64,000 bases of DNA, from assembly GCF_009914755.1 (NCBI RefSeq), contig NC_060930.1, one strand, 5' to 3'. The DNA comes from the human T2T-CHM13v2.0 reference genome, Homo sapiens. This document shows positions 1 to 13,739 of the stretch, in pieces (position 1 is the stretch's first letter; each line of letters begins with the position of its first letter). Position numbers and translations under genes: made by a program. Under the pieces are notes generated by a model. The model saw only the letters and a program-made list of their open reading frames with translations. It was not told where the DNA came from and did not search any database.

Positions 1-1036
1 ATATTTCCACAAGCTTTCATGATCAGTAATTACTCTAGTTTAAACCATTTGGATTCATTCACATCAAGGTGGATGAGGAAATTATTGGAATTCTAACATA
101 CTCTTATTGTTGGCAGTACAGACTTACTTTTTATCTTCATAGGCTTGTAATTATCAATACACTGGAACAGGGTCAAAACAGAAATTATCCTTACCGTGAT
201 CATGACCCTACTAAAATCCTCATTTTTACCTTAATCACTTGCTGCATCAACCATTACAATTTCCTTATTTTGTATGATTTTCCTGAGTCCTTTTACATCT
301 AGTAGTAAGTGAATGTTGAAGGCAGCTGGCAATTCATAGAGTATTTAATGGAAACTCATCATAGGAGAATTTTCAATTAGTTTAATTTTCCTTATGTGAT
401 CAACCAGTAAGTTATATAACCCTGATAATTTACATATTATCTCTAGAGGGACCAATTGACATATATCTCTCTCATGTGTTCCTTCAAAATTAACTCATGG
501 TTATAAACAAATAATCAGCCACATATTTTATGTGATTTAAGTAATAAATCAGTAGTGATAACAGGTAAGCTTTAAGGATGAAGTGTTTCACCTCATAAAA
601 TTGAAGCTTAGTTTACATTTACTGCAAGTTTGTGAATAGACTTAATATGTACTTTGGTTTTACTTTTGATTTTATGTTTTCCTACTTGTCAGTGATTGAA
701 GTTTCTGGAAATGTGAGTAAATAGAAATTACAAATAGATAAACCCCAAATGTGTAATCAAATGTAATTATTTGCTTCCCATGTTAGTGTAAATGTTATTA
801 CAGTTTACTTTTAGCTCTGCGTGCCATTTAATTTTTTTTAAAGTTGACATATGATTTTCAAAGTTATATATTTTCTGATTTATTTTGTAATAATTTGATG
901 CATCCAATTAATACTGAAAGATATATTTCTAAAATTCATCATACTTTGAGTTATATATGGAAGCCCACATTTTTAGTTCTTCAGAATTTGGGATAATAAT
1001 CAAGAAGCCTTTTTATTTGAAATATTAATTACTTGG

Positions 1037-1408
1037 TGATACGGTTTGGCTGTGTCCTCACCCAAATCTCATGTGGAATTGTTGTTCCCATAATCCCCAC
1101 ATGTCATGGGAGGGACCAGTGGGAGATGATTGAATCATGGGCAGTTACCCCCATGCTGTTCAGGTGACAGTGAATGAGTTCTCATGAGATCTGATGGTTT
1201 TATAAGGGGCTTTTCCCCCTTTGCTTGGCACTTCTGCTTCCTGCTGCCACATGAAGAAAGATGTGTTTGTTTCCCCTTCCACCATGACCATAAGTTTCCT
1301 GAGGCTTCTCCAGCTATGCTGAACTGTGAGTCAATTAAACCTCTTTTCTTAATAAATTATCCAGTCTTGGGTATGTCTTTATTAGCAGCGTGAAAACGGA
1401 CTAATACA
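1037..1408 (+). mobile_element. THE1-family (MaLR) solo LTR
   Basis: TG...CA ends (tgatacggtttggctgtgtc...ggactaataca); 5-bp TSD CTTGG at 1032-1036 and 1409-1413. Confidence 0.92.
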
Positions 1409-1457
1409 CTTGGTACTTTTAGCGGTTTTGATTTTGTAAAATTTAGTGTCAAAGCCA

Positions 1458-1646
1458 TCTTTTGACTTCTCTGTTTCTAATTGCCATCATCTTTATTTTA
1501 TTTTATTTTACCTGGAATGCATGTTTGCTTATTTTTCTTCTTTCTTTCTTTCTTTCTTTTTCTTTCTTTCTTTTGACTTCTCTGTTTCTAATTGCCATCA
1601 TCTTTATTTTATTTTATTTTATTTTACCTGGAATGCATGTTTGCTT
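1458..1646. repeat. Tandem duplication (period 111 bp) of unique flank plus (TTTC)n
   Basis: tcttttgacttctc...gaatgcatgtttgctt at 1458-1530 and 1569-1646. Confidence 0.95.
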
Positions 1647-1655
1647 TTCTTTCCT

Positions 1656-1728
<73 letters not shown>

Positions 1729-1802
1729 TTTCTTTCTCTTTCTTTCTTTCTTTCTCTCTCTCTCTTTCTTTCTTTCTCTTTCTCTCTCTCTCTCTTTGTT
1801 TC
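1647..1802. repeat. (TTTC)n/(TC)n microsatellite derived from Alu tail
   Basis: Directly visible; abuts an antisense Alu. Confidence 0.95.
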
Positions 1803-2090
1803 TTTTGAGTCAGAGTCTTGCTCTGTTGCCCAGGCTGGAGTGCAGTGGCATGATTTCAGCTCACAGCTGCAACCTCCGCCTCCGGGGCCCAAGCAATTCT
1901 CCTACCTCAGTCTCCGAGCAGCTGGGATTACAGGCGCCCACCACAACACCGGGCTAATTTTTGTATTTTTAGTAGAGATAGGCTTTCACCATGTTGCCAA
2001 GGCTGGTCTTGCACTACTGAGCTCAAGTGATCTGCCTGCCTAGGCCTCCCAAAGTGCTGGGATTACAGGTGTGAGCCACCGCGCCCAGCC
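1803..2090 (-). mobile_element. Alu (AluS-like), full length
   Basis: Reverse-complement Alu consensus ending ...gagccaccgcgcccagcc. Confidence 0.95.
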
Positions 2091-4789
2091 TGCTTTTTTC
2101 TTTTTTTAATGTAAACATGATTAGCAAACAATTGTCATCTAAGGATAAATAAAAGTGGAATCTATCTATCACTGTTCTATTTATTTTGCACTTGTATTTT
2201 TTCTTATTTTATGTGGAGTCATCAAAATTGAAATTTCACTTCACAACATTGTAGATTGTTAACTGAAAAGACAATACAGGTGAATTGCATGTGCTTTCTG
2301 ATACAGCAATCAAGAAAAAATTCTACATGCAATATCATATTCATTAAATCATGTTCACTAATTGACTGTGGAAATCAAAAAAACCTGTCTCATGTTCTTT
2401 AAAAGAAGCTGGAGAATGACTCAGCAACTTCCTGGTACTAGCCCCTCCACTCTACAAAGTAGAGAAAGTAAAACCAATGCCCAGGCAATTCTGAAAGCAT
2501 TTAGTGATAAACACATTCACAGAGTGATGGATGTTGCCTGGTAAAATTTCCCAACAGGTGTCCCCAAGGGGATGGCGTTGATCCCCTTAGTCTCTTTCTG
2601 GCATACAAAGTATCTGGTGTACTTGCTTGTATTTGTGAACAGACTCATCTGCTTGTCCCAGTGTGCTGGATATAACATTGTCGTTTTCTACATGTTGTGA
2701 ACTGAAACACCAGGGAAGTACTGATGAGACAACAGAGGAATTGTGATTACTGTCTCCTTCTTCAACCTGCTCCTCCTTACCCAACCCCCCAACTCTCTTC
2801 TTTACACTGCCCTTCTGAAGGAACCAATGCTAAATTATAATCTTGCCGAAGGCCAACTTTATTATGTCTCTTAAGATTTTAGACCATGGCTTAGGCTGGG
2901 ATACATTCTCTTCCCTCACATATTCTAAAGGACAATTTTCCTTGTACAAATGTGAGAAATTTATAAAATATGATACTCTGTTGCTAATATTCATTTCACA
3001 CATTTGATGAACTGCTTCTGAGGTGGGAACATGCATATTTCACAATGACTTCAGGTAATTCTGATGCAAATGGCTCAGCTTCAAAAAGCACTGCTCTAAT
3101 CCTTGGGTTGGATATAGCCAACTGTCTCTTCTCTTGACCTAATGTTTACTTACTTATTGCGCTATTCTATTGTTATTTATCCTCTGCAGGCACCCAAAAG
3201 TAATGTTATGGAAAGAACAGCATTTACTCAGTTCTTCCATTGGATAAATAGTTCAGCAAAGATGATATATTGGGCTCAAAAGCTTTCAAACAGAGTGAGG
3301 AATGAGAAATAAATGCATTGTACACACAGTCTTGGAACCACAGCCTTGAGTTAATAGACATAGTTATCCATTCCACTCAGTGACACAGTACAAAACTAGT
3401 AATCTAAACAAAATTAATTTGTTTAGATTGAGGAAATTACGTGAGTTCTGAAAAGAGTTATTTATTTCAATATTGTATTTTAAAAGCAGTTTATTTCATC
3501 AAAATTGCTAATGATTATTAGACATTATTGTGGTATACTAACAAAGTGATTAAAATCAGCATATTCACATATAATTTTATAACATGCAAAAAAATTGGAA
3601 GGCTAAGAAAAAATAAAAGCTACAATCCTAAATATTAATGGAACAGGAATTCTAAGTAAAGGAGCCATTTAGAGTGTATTTTACAACTGAGCAATGACAG
3701 AGAAGTACACTGAGAAGAAAAACAGGTTTGGAGTCAGCTATTGATTACAAAAAATTAAGTACAAATTTGTGAAAAATCATGTGTGCTGCCCTAAATTTTA
3801 GATGATTTAATTGCTTTTGTGTTGCTCATGACAGTAGATAAAACATGCCTAAAAATTCACACTTATAAGACATTTAATTTTAATTATTTGCCCTGTTATA
3901 GGACTATTAGGACTGAAAAGCACTCTGATTTTGCCCATTCATCTCAAATGAGTGCTGATAAGACAATGAGCAGTTAATTTCCTTCATCTTGTAGACTACA
4001 CATTACGTTTGGAAATTAAATGCTTGATAAGATGGCATATCTTGTTACATAATTTATTTTTTGAAATAATAGATACTTCAGCCCCAAAACTACTAGGAAA
4101 ATGTGTGGTAAATAGAATATTTTAACTGAAAATTTCAAAAGTAAAGAAGAGTTTGCTTAGCCCTCAAACATGGTTAATTTATTAAAAGGGTTTAGGGTTC
4201 ACACTTGGAATATCTGACTCTGTTTACACCTGCAGAGTGTGTCTTTTTGTAGACACTTCATTTCAAAGAAGCAGCTGCATAATTCCCTGGATTTGGGGGT
4301 AGAAGGAGAGATCTGCTTGCAAAAATTACATTCTACCTATGACCAGAAACTTTAGGAAGCTGTTTTAGAGTATAATATGGCACCCAAGTTATTTCTCCCC
4401 AAAATAGAACATGTGTATATGTCTGTATGCATGCATCCACTTGTGTGAGTTCTGTAAAAAGTAAAATAGAAAATAAAGTACATACAATTTACATATACAC
4501 AGACTTATAAGGTAACGATTATTTTTCATTTGGTGTATTTGTGTATATTAGTGCATTTTATCTTTATATGATCCCTTTGAAGTAAGTTTTATTATTCAAA
4601 ATCTCCCTCACCTTTGAGTTCCTCTGTTCCCTTTTAAAAAATTAAAAAGCAAACAAAAACGCCCTCAAAAGCAAAAAATAAAAAATTGCTTCACATTTAC
4701 TCTTCAGCTTCTCTACTAGCTGTTACTTCATCATCTCTAAAGTTAAGTCAACTTTTTGTGACATGCAAAGCAAAAGCCAATATGTTACT

Positions 4790-5297
4790 GTATCAGTTAG
4801 TTTTTGCTGTGTAACAAATTGCTTCAAATTTTAGTGGCTTTAAACAATATTTATTAGGACACAATTCTATGGGTCACCAATTTAAGCCAGGTTTGGCCAA
4901 GCTGAGCTTCACCAAGGCTCACTCCTGAGGCTGTAGTCAACTAGCAGGTCAATTAGAAATTGGTTATTTAAAAATGGCTTTGCTTGCATCACATACATGT
5001 CTGGCAGTGGGGTCTTTCTGGCTAGCAGTTTTTAATAGCTAGCCAGACCAACTGGTTATCAGCTGAAATAATGGGCTTAACACATCTACAACAAGCTAGC
5101 CTGGTCTTAGCCTCCTGGTGATGGTCTCAAGGTATCCAGCATGAGCAAGAGGTGAAGCCTCAATGCATGAGTTCTTTCCAAGCCTCTGCTTGTGTGGTTG
5201 CTAATAGCCAAGTTCAGAGGCAAGATAGGTGGGTATTACCAAAAGCATGGATGGAAGATGCATGAATCATTAGGGACCAATACTATAACAATCTACA
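4790..5297 (-). mobile_element. Old MLT1-type MaLR LTR
   Basis: tgtatcagttagtttttgctgtgtaacaaa...ttagtggctttaaacaa start typical of antisense MLT1; ends ...aatctaca. Confidence 0.6.
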
Positions 5298-6590
5298 GCA
5301 ATCACCCTGTGTATATCCTCAAAATGTTCTTGAATCAGTCCGTTCTTTTCTATCTTCACCGTCATAGCCTAATCCAAGTCTTCGTTTTATCACTTGGTCT
5401 TTCTAACTTTCCTCCTCCACAATCCACTTACTTTTTATTATATTTTTCTTCCTAGTACCCCTCAGTGATTTGTTATTGTCCGTTGTGATAAAGTTGTACA
5501 CATTTCTTAGCTTGATCAAGCCCTCTCAAGATCTGACCTTAACTCATGGTCTTTCATGTCTCATGATGATCCTTTTCTCTAACTGGACCCAAATACCAAC
5601 TCCTCCAACCAGCTGTACTCTTTATTGCCGCTGTGCCTCTGTACATTCTATTCCCTCTGTGTGGAATGTATTTTCCCCACAATTCCACCTGTGAATGCAA
5701 ACAAATCCTTCAAGGCTGATTAAATGTTGCATTCTCCGTGAAGCCTTCTGCCTGCCCTTCATGGACCCTTGCTTCTGTATTCCTAGAGCATTTTGTACAT
5801 ACCACCATGTTGTATTCTAATATATCAGCCTCCTCCATTAGACTGAGTATTGAAAATGAAATAAAATGTCTTATTTATATTTGAATCACCAGGTCATGAT
5901 AAATTATTTTTGGTTGATGAAAGTAAGGATGAAGGGTGCCACCAATTTCCATTCACTTTTGTAACAAATATTTAATAGGTATCCACTATGTCCCAGCTGC
6001 TGTTTAATATATACATTTAATATTAAATTTGAGTTGCAACTTATATTTTTGCCATTTACTATGTGTGCTTATTACAATAGTATGTAAGGAGCAGTTCTTA
6101 AATACACATAGAGCAATAAATTATTTACTTTTGTATACTGACTAATATAATCTATTTTCTTTCTTCACTATTGCAAACAAACGAGTAGTCTTACATTAAT
6201 CTAAAAAAGAGCATTAGACTATCTTTTATTGGAAATGGAAAGAAATGTAAGTTGTTTGTATGTGAAGAACAAAGGTTCTTGAAGATACTGGATGTTAAGG
6301 CTTAACAAAATAACTTTCAATAAAAAATAGAGTAATTTACATTAATTTAACTAAAGAAGTGAACATTGAAATATTTTAAATGTATTTTCTCTACATTTTA
6401 ACAGTAACATTATAATAAACATACATTTCCCAAGCTTTAACATATTTTATGATTATATTTGCATCCCTAGAATTATATAAATATCTTCTATTTACAAACA
6501 ATCATAAGTTAACTTTTACTAACAATTAAAAAAAACTCAGCTTCAAAATTTTTATTTTGAAATAACTTTTTTAAAAAGAGAGTAATGTAA

Positions 6591-6686
6591 CGTTCCCTTC
6601 CTGTGTCCAAGTATTCTCTGTTACCTGCATGTTGTGCACATGTACCCCAGAACTTAAAGTATAATAAAAAATATATATATATTTAA
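6591..6686 (+). mobile_element. Tiny 5'-inverted L1PA insertion with 18-bp TSD
   Basis: TSD AAAAAGAGAGTAATGTAA (6573-6590, 6687-6704); antisense then sense L1 3'UTR pieces, then an A/AT tail. Confidence 0.85.
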
Positions 6687-7813
6687 AAAAAGAGAGTAAT
6701 GTAATAAGCTCCTTTACACTCTCTATCCTAACACTTTTACTTTTCAAAATCACATATCAAATAAGAAATGAGCCTATTTGAATCCGTCACTCATTAAGGT
6801 TTATTGTATGAAGAGGTACAAGGGAAGAAGAATATCTCATCACAGCCCTAAGGAAAATCGAAGGAAATGTTTACAAACCTAAACGGGTTTCAACAGCACA
6901 CATTCTCATTAAAGACACTTCTGGTTCAGGGTTAAATTGCCAGCTCTGGGCCCCAATTCAAGCTGAAGTTCCTGTCTTGGGCTTAAAAGACATGTCTATC
7001 TTTAGAATGATGGAGATAGAAGAGATAGTTGTTCAGGAAATTGTCTGACAATTGTGATTGTCAGTGCTGATAGTGAGTTCTGGTATAAAGTCAAAACAAC
7101 CAACTGAGAAATTAATTACATAGAAAGTACTTTTTATTTTTCTTGATACTTCCTAAAGATTGCAATCTAGGAAATAACTTTTTCTTTCCATGCAAGACCT
7201 CCCCATTTGTCGCCAGGCTATACTGATTCTTCCTTTCAATAACATTAGTACCTGTCACTCTCCCCATTTCCAACCACATACTACCTTTCTGACTCCGATC
7301 CCTGACCAACTGGGATTCCTTTCCTGGATTTTCCCCAAATTAATTTGTCTTTTACATTGGTATGCAGTTATGGAAAAAAGAATGGTTCTGCCCACACAGA
7401 AACTGGACCCATCAACTCGGTCTCCTAAATCATAACCATCTGAATATATTTTATTTACCTTTCTCTCTTTTTTAATTGACTCCCTCAATCCTCTTAGCCA
7501 TTTATTGATCCTTCCTTTTCTTCATCTCTCCTCTTCATTTTCCATTTCCCCCGTTACTTCTCTATTATCCTACATGCAATAAGGAAAAACATATGGCACA
7601 ACCAAGATTGAAGGAGGAGGAAATTAGACTTGAAGAAGGAATGCAGACCTAATCTGTTGATGTTTATATGATAACAGGAAAACTGATAGTTCATATTTTA
7701 AGAACAAGCCTGGAAAATTTGTCGAAATTTTATAAATTTCTTCCACAGCAAAGTTTTGGACTAAGTAGTAATTCTTACCTGGTAAGCAGATTCTTAATTT
7801 TTAAAAATAATCT

Positions 7814-8118
<305 letters not shown>

Positions 8119-8119
8119 T

Positions 8120-9590
8120 TAAAAAAAATTTACTTTATTGAGGCAAAATTCACACAGAAGTCATCATTATAACCGTCTTGAAGTGTACAGCTCAGTGGCT
8201 TCTAGTACAGTCATAATATTGTACAACCATCATCACTATCCAAAACATTTTTGTCATCCAAAAAAGAAACCCCATACACATTAGGGAGTCACATCTCATT
8301 TCCCCTACTTCTAACCCCTGGCAAACCCATTAATCTACTTTCTGTCTCTATGGATGTGCTTATCCTGGACATTACATGTAAATGGATCACACAATATGTA
8401 GCCTTTTATATCTGGCTTATTTCACTTGACATGATGTTTTTAAGGTTCATACATATTGAAGCATGTATCATTGCTTCACTGTTTTGTTTCGTTTTATTTT
8501 TTTGAAACAAAATCTTGCTCTGTTGCCCAGGCTAGAGTGCAGTGGCTGCGATCTCAGCTCAGCCACCTGAGTAGCTGGGATTACAGACATGCACCACCAT
8601 GCCCAGCTAATTTTTGTATTTTTCAGTAGAGATGGGGTTTTGACATGTTGCCCGGGCTGGTCCCAAACTCCTGAGCTCAAGCAATCCGTCAGCCTCAGCT
8701 TCACTGTTTTTTAATGACTGCATAATATTCCCTTGTATGGATATACCACATTGCGTTTATGTATAGAACAGCTGATGAACATTTTGGTTGTGTTGACTTT
8801 TTAACTTTTATGCATAATGTTGCTATAAACATTTTTACACAAGCTTTGTGTATGAATTTATGTTTCAATTCTCTTGAGTATCTACCTAGGAACAGAATTA
8901 CTGGATCATATGTTTAACTTTTTGAGGAACTGTGAAACTATTTTCCACAGTGGTGGTATCATTTTACATTCCTACCAGCAATGTATGAAGGTCCCAATTT
9001 CTCCACAACCTCATTATCATTTTTAAAAAATTATAGTGGGTGTGAAGTGATACCTTATTGTGGTTTTGATTTGCATTTTCCTAATGAAAATGATATTGAG
9101 CATTTTATGTGCTTATTAGCCATTTATATATCTTATCTGGAGAAATGTCTATTTAAATCTTTTACATGTTTTTAAATTGGGCTATTGTCTTTTGATTGTT
9201 GAGTTGTAAGAGTTCTTTATATATTCTGATGGACGATTTTAAAATATTTGTCCATTGTGTGTTGTCTTTTCATTTTCTTGATAGTGTTTTTTGATGCACG
9301 CATTTTGGTGGAGTTCAGTTTATCTACCTTTTTTCTTTTATTGCTTGTACTTTTTGTATCACATTCAATAAACCTTTGCCTAATCCCAGGTGATAAAGAC
9401 TTAAGGCAAGGTTTTAGTCCAAGAGTTGTACAGTTTTAGCTCTTATATTTAGGTCTTTGAACCATTTTTATTTTTGTATATAGTGTGAAGTGGGGTTCCA
9501 AACTCATTCTTTTAGATGTGGTTATATAATTGAAAAGGCTATATATCTTTTTCCACTGAATGGTGTTAGTACCTTTATCAAAAAATGGTA
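8120..9590 (-). mobile_element. Old L1M (L1MB-like) 3' fragment, interrupted by an Alu
   Basis: Antisense L1 3'UTR/ORF2-end motifs (tctactttctgtctctatgga; gtggttttgatttgcatttt). Confidence 0.75.
8486..8697 (-). mobile_element. Alu (AluJ-like), 5'-truncated with internal deletion
   Basis: 13-bp TSD GCTTCACTGTTTT at 8473-8485 and 8698-8710. Confidence 0.88.
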
Positions 9591-10024
9591 TTTATTGCTT
9601 CGTGTATTTTGGGGCTCTGTTGTTAGGTTCATAACCTCACTTTACTTTTATTTGAAAGAAACAAAATGAAATTCATTAACAGAAAGCAAAGTACTTGCCG
9701 TATTTATAAAATAATTTTGGTGAACAGAAAAACAAATTAGGAGAGACATGAACTTTCACAGAAGAAAATTTCATAGTATATGATCACTCCAGATAATACT
9801 ATGCCCAGAAATAATCTAGGCAAGGAGATGTTCCTCAAAATTCTTCTGCAGTGAAAGAGAGAAATTTTTTTTCCTTGCTTATGTGAACTAAAAGAGATCT
9901 AAAGTTTCAGAATAAAAAGATTAGATATGTTTTATTGAAGGCTTACTCTGTTTCAGGCACTGGACTAGTTTCTTCTTTATAATGTTTCATTTGATGCTTA
10001 TATCAACTCTATAATGTGATGTCT

Positions 10025-10490
10025 TATGTCAGCAGGACTTGAGTCAAGTATTTTTCTACAAAAGCAATTTAAAGAAAGTGTTGCCAGGAGAAACAGGAAA
10101 GGGAGTAGGGGTAGCAGGACAGAGGAGGGCAAGAAGCCAACACAGATGGGATTTTAGGAATGGTCTAGTGGGAGATGGTTTCAGTCCGATCCCATAGAGG
10201 AGCTCTGGTTGTAAGTTGTACCTCAGATTTATCCAACATGAGATCAAGGTTCTCAACCATCAGTCATTGGCTAAGTGCTACTCAGGGGCACCTAGGCTCT
10301 ATCTGCCTATGGGCAATGGTGGTCTGGTAGCTAAGGGCAGTTCCTCCAAAGAAAAGTCCCAGGAGCTCTCAGGTGGTGGTCTTGGGGCTGGTATTGGAAA
10401 CCAAAGGAGGCAAAAACAGGGTGAGGGGTGCTCAGAAAATGTGGAAGAAATCCAAGGGGATCTGAGCAGAACACCCACAAAATCTACTAT
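10025..10490. mobile_element. ERVL-type LTR (LTR33-like) inserted in a MIR
   Basis: Resembles recalled LTR33 motifs (ggagctctgg...cctcaga...cagtcattggct); MIR-like halves at ~9930-10020 and ~10500-10630. Confidence 0.5.
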
Positions 10491-11344
10491 AGATATGTAC
10501 TATTTTTTTCCAATTTTGAGAGAAGGAAACAGGCACAGAAAGGTTAAATGCCCAGAAGCACAAAGAGAATGAGTGCAAATGTACCTGACTCCAAATTCCT
10601 TTTCCTTTCCCCTTTACTCTTGTGCCTCCAGTCATGAAGACCCTGTAATTTGGGAACTTCAAAGAATCTTCTTTCAGACATCATGTGTTTTTATTTTTTT
10701 CCTTAAAACAGAATAAACTTTTTCAGGTTTTTTTACTTACAGTCTGTTAAACCGTAAGCAGAAATTTTTACATTAGCGTATTCATGGGCATTTTTCCCCC
10801 TGGGAGACAGTTGATAGCTTACAAAAATTTCTTAAAGAGTATATAAAAAATAAACATCTTACAAATCACTATTTTAAAAGATCATTCTCCATTTTTACCT
10901 ATTTTCCTGCCTAGAGCTGCTTTTCTAAAACACTAGTCTCATGAGCTCAGATTAGTTATAATAATTACAAATAGCAAATTTAGAATATTGACAGCTTTTC
11001 CCCTCCTCTGCTTTCACCACATACCATACGTTTGAGAAGAACTGGCATTTATTCTTCTTTAAACGTTTGGTATAAATCACTCATGAAGCTATCTCATCTT
11101 GTGTTTTCTTTATGTTGGAAGTTTTTTTATTACTGATTAAATTTATTTACTTGCTATAGGCCTATTTAGACTTCCTATTTTTGAATAGAAGCACAAATAA
11201 CTTTCACATTATTTTGTTAGGCAAACAGATTTACTTAAAATTAAGGCAAAAAGTTCACTTAGGGCCTTAACTGATCGTGGTTTTTGTTTCCAATGATCTG
11301 TTCAATTGGATAATTGCCAGATTTTCACGTAGTGTCTGTATGAC

Positions 11345-11346
<2 letters not shown>

Positions 11347-11392
<46 letters not shown>
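11347..11392. repeat. (AC)23 microsatellite ~1.7 kb upstream of ATG
   Basis: Directly visible. Confidence 0.97.
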
Positions 11393-11399
<7 letters not shown>

Positions 11400-12841
11400 T
11401 TATCATATGGTTAGTATTTTAAAAAAGAAATTCCAGTAATTTTCCTGAACATTTTTCTTCTTATCATTTCATATAAGTAGACACAGTTAATCACTGGGAC
11501 TCCCTTTACAGAATGAATCTGAGGGTATCTCTGTAAAGAGGCAACATTCTAAACTTTAGTACTGTACATACAGCTAAGCCCTCTGGTCTGAGCAGGCTCT
11601 GAGGCTTTCGGAGGACTGGGTAGAGAAAACTGGCAAAGTTGTCCTGAAGCACTGGAGGGGTATACCCACTTTAGGAGTGTGGAGGGGTGGGTAGCCCCAT
11701 CCTGGATCTAGCTGCTGGAGGTACCAGATAAGGTGAAAACCTTTGACAAAGAGTTGCTGCCTTTCCCAACAAGTGGTACTAAAAATGGGGAGATTCAAAT
11801 CCACTCATAATTTTAGCTGCTTTTGCTGTATTACTTAGACTGTATCGCTCCTTCCCATAATTCACCCTTCAGCCACCCACCACCTTGGATCCCATTTTGT
11901 TTGTTCTATGTTAAATTTCAATGTAATGTAGTTTAATATTGTCAAAGTCGAAGGCTGATTTCTCTCTCTAATGCTGCAAGAGAAGATGACATGCTGTAGG
12001 TTGTGATGAGGCAATGTGATCCAAAGCAGAATCCTTGCTTTTGTTGGAGAGCACTGGACATATAAAGACACTGGGCGTATTTGTCAAAAGAACAGAAGGT
12101 GGAAGGAAAGGAAGATGATCTGGCAGTCAGGTAACACCAATCCCAAGTCTCCACTGACCGCTCCCGTCTAAAGAGAGCACAGATTATAGTTTGCCCCCAT
12201 GAGATTGCCATTTTGGGTTGGAAGATGGTCGCAATTTCATTTTTCACTTAAGCAAACGTCCGTTGCCGTACTGCTAGGTATGAGATGAGTAATCGTCAGG
12301 GACGCGTTTAAATTACAAAATAATGGTAAATGGGAGAGAAAGAATCTTTTCTCGGGGTTGAGGCCAGATCCTCCAGGGCTGGGAGACCCAGGAGTGCGGG
12401 CCACTGTGCACCCTCGAGCAAAGCAGTGTGTGACGAGATGGGATCTTCCCTCAAACGCTGAGAAGAGCCCTCGCCAATCCCTCGGAAGGTTCCCAGAATA
12501 AAAAGCCCGGTCCCTGCTGTGCAAAGACTGAGCGGTACTCCGGTGTACTTTTTCCCTGTCCCAGGCGTGCAGAGTCCACGCCGCGCGGCCAGGTGCCCCA
12601 ATAGTGTACCTGAAAGTAGGGATGGGGCCAGTTACAGCTGCACTTTCCCTGCAGAAGACAGTGAGCCTTCCCGGGATCTTTCTGGGAGCTCTGAGTGTGA
12701 AAACGGTCCTCCGGCCAGCGCAGGTTGAGAGAACGGGAAGGAGGGGGAAGCTGTGGGCGCCCAGGGCGTGACAGGCGCAGGTGAGAAAGTGAGTTTCGCG
12801 GGAGCATCTGCCGGGACCGCAGACAGGTGGAGAAACGCAGT

Positions 12842-12871
12842 CCACCGCGGCCCACCGCGGCCCACCGCGGC
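12842..12871. repeat. (CCACCGCGGC)3 tandem decamer in promoter
   Basis: Three exact copies. Confidence 0.95.
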
Positions 12872-12920
12872 TCCCGGGCGGCCTGGGCTGTACCTGTGCG
12901 CGGCGTCCTTTCTCCGCTGA

Positions 12921-13349
<429 letters not shown>

Positions 13350-13532
13350 TAATAATAATGCATCCCGAACAAACATAAGGCAGATATAGAATGTTCTGTC
13401 CAAATCTTTGTATTTCCTCAGTAAAATGTCAAGTAGAGACCTGACATTTTGCATAGCCCCCCTTTCCTCCCCTCCGCCCCCACCCCAGTAGGCTACTCCT
13501 TTGAAGTTAAGGTACACTTAAAGGCGACTTAG

Positions 13533-13739
<207 letters not shown>

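Noticed and set aside
1446-2043. ORFs of 92-193 aa rich in F/L/S or K/E/R
   Set aside because: Translations of the (TTTC)n tract and Alu.
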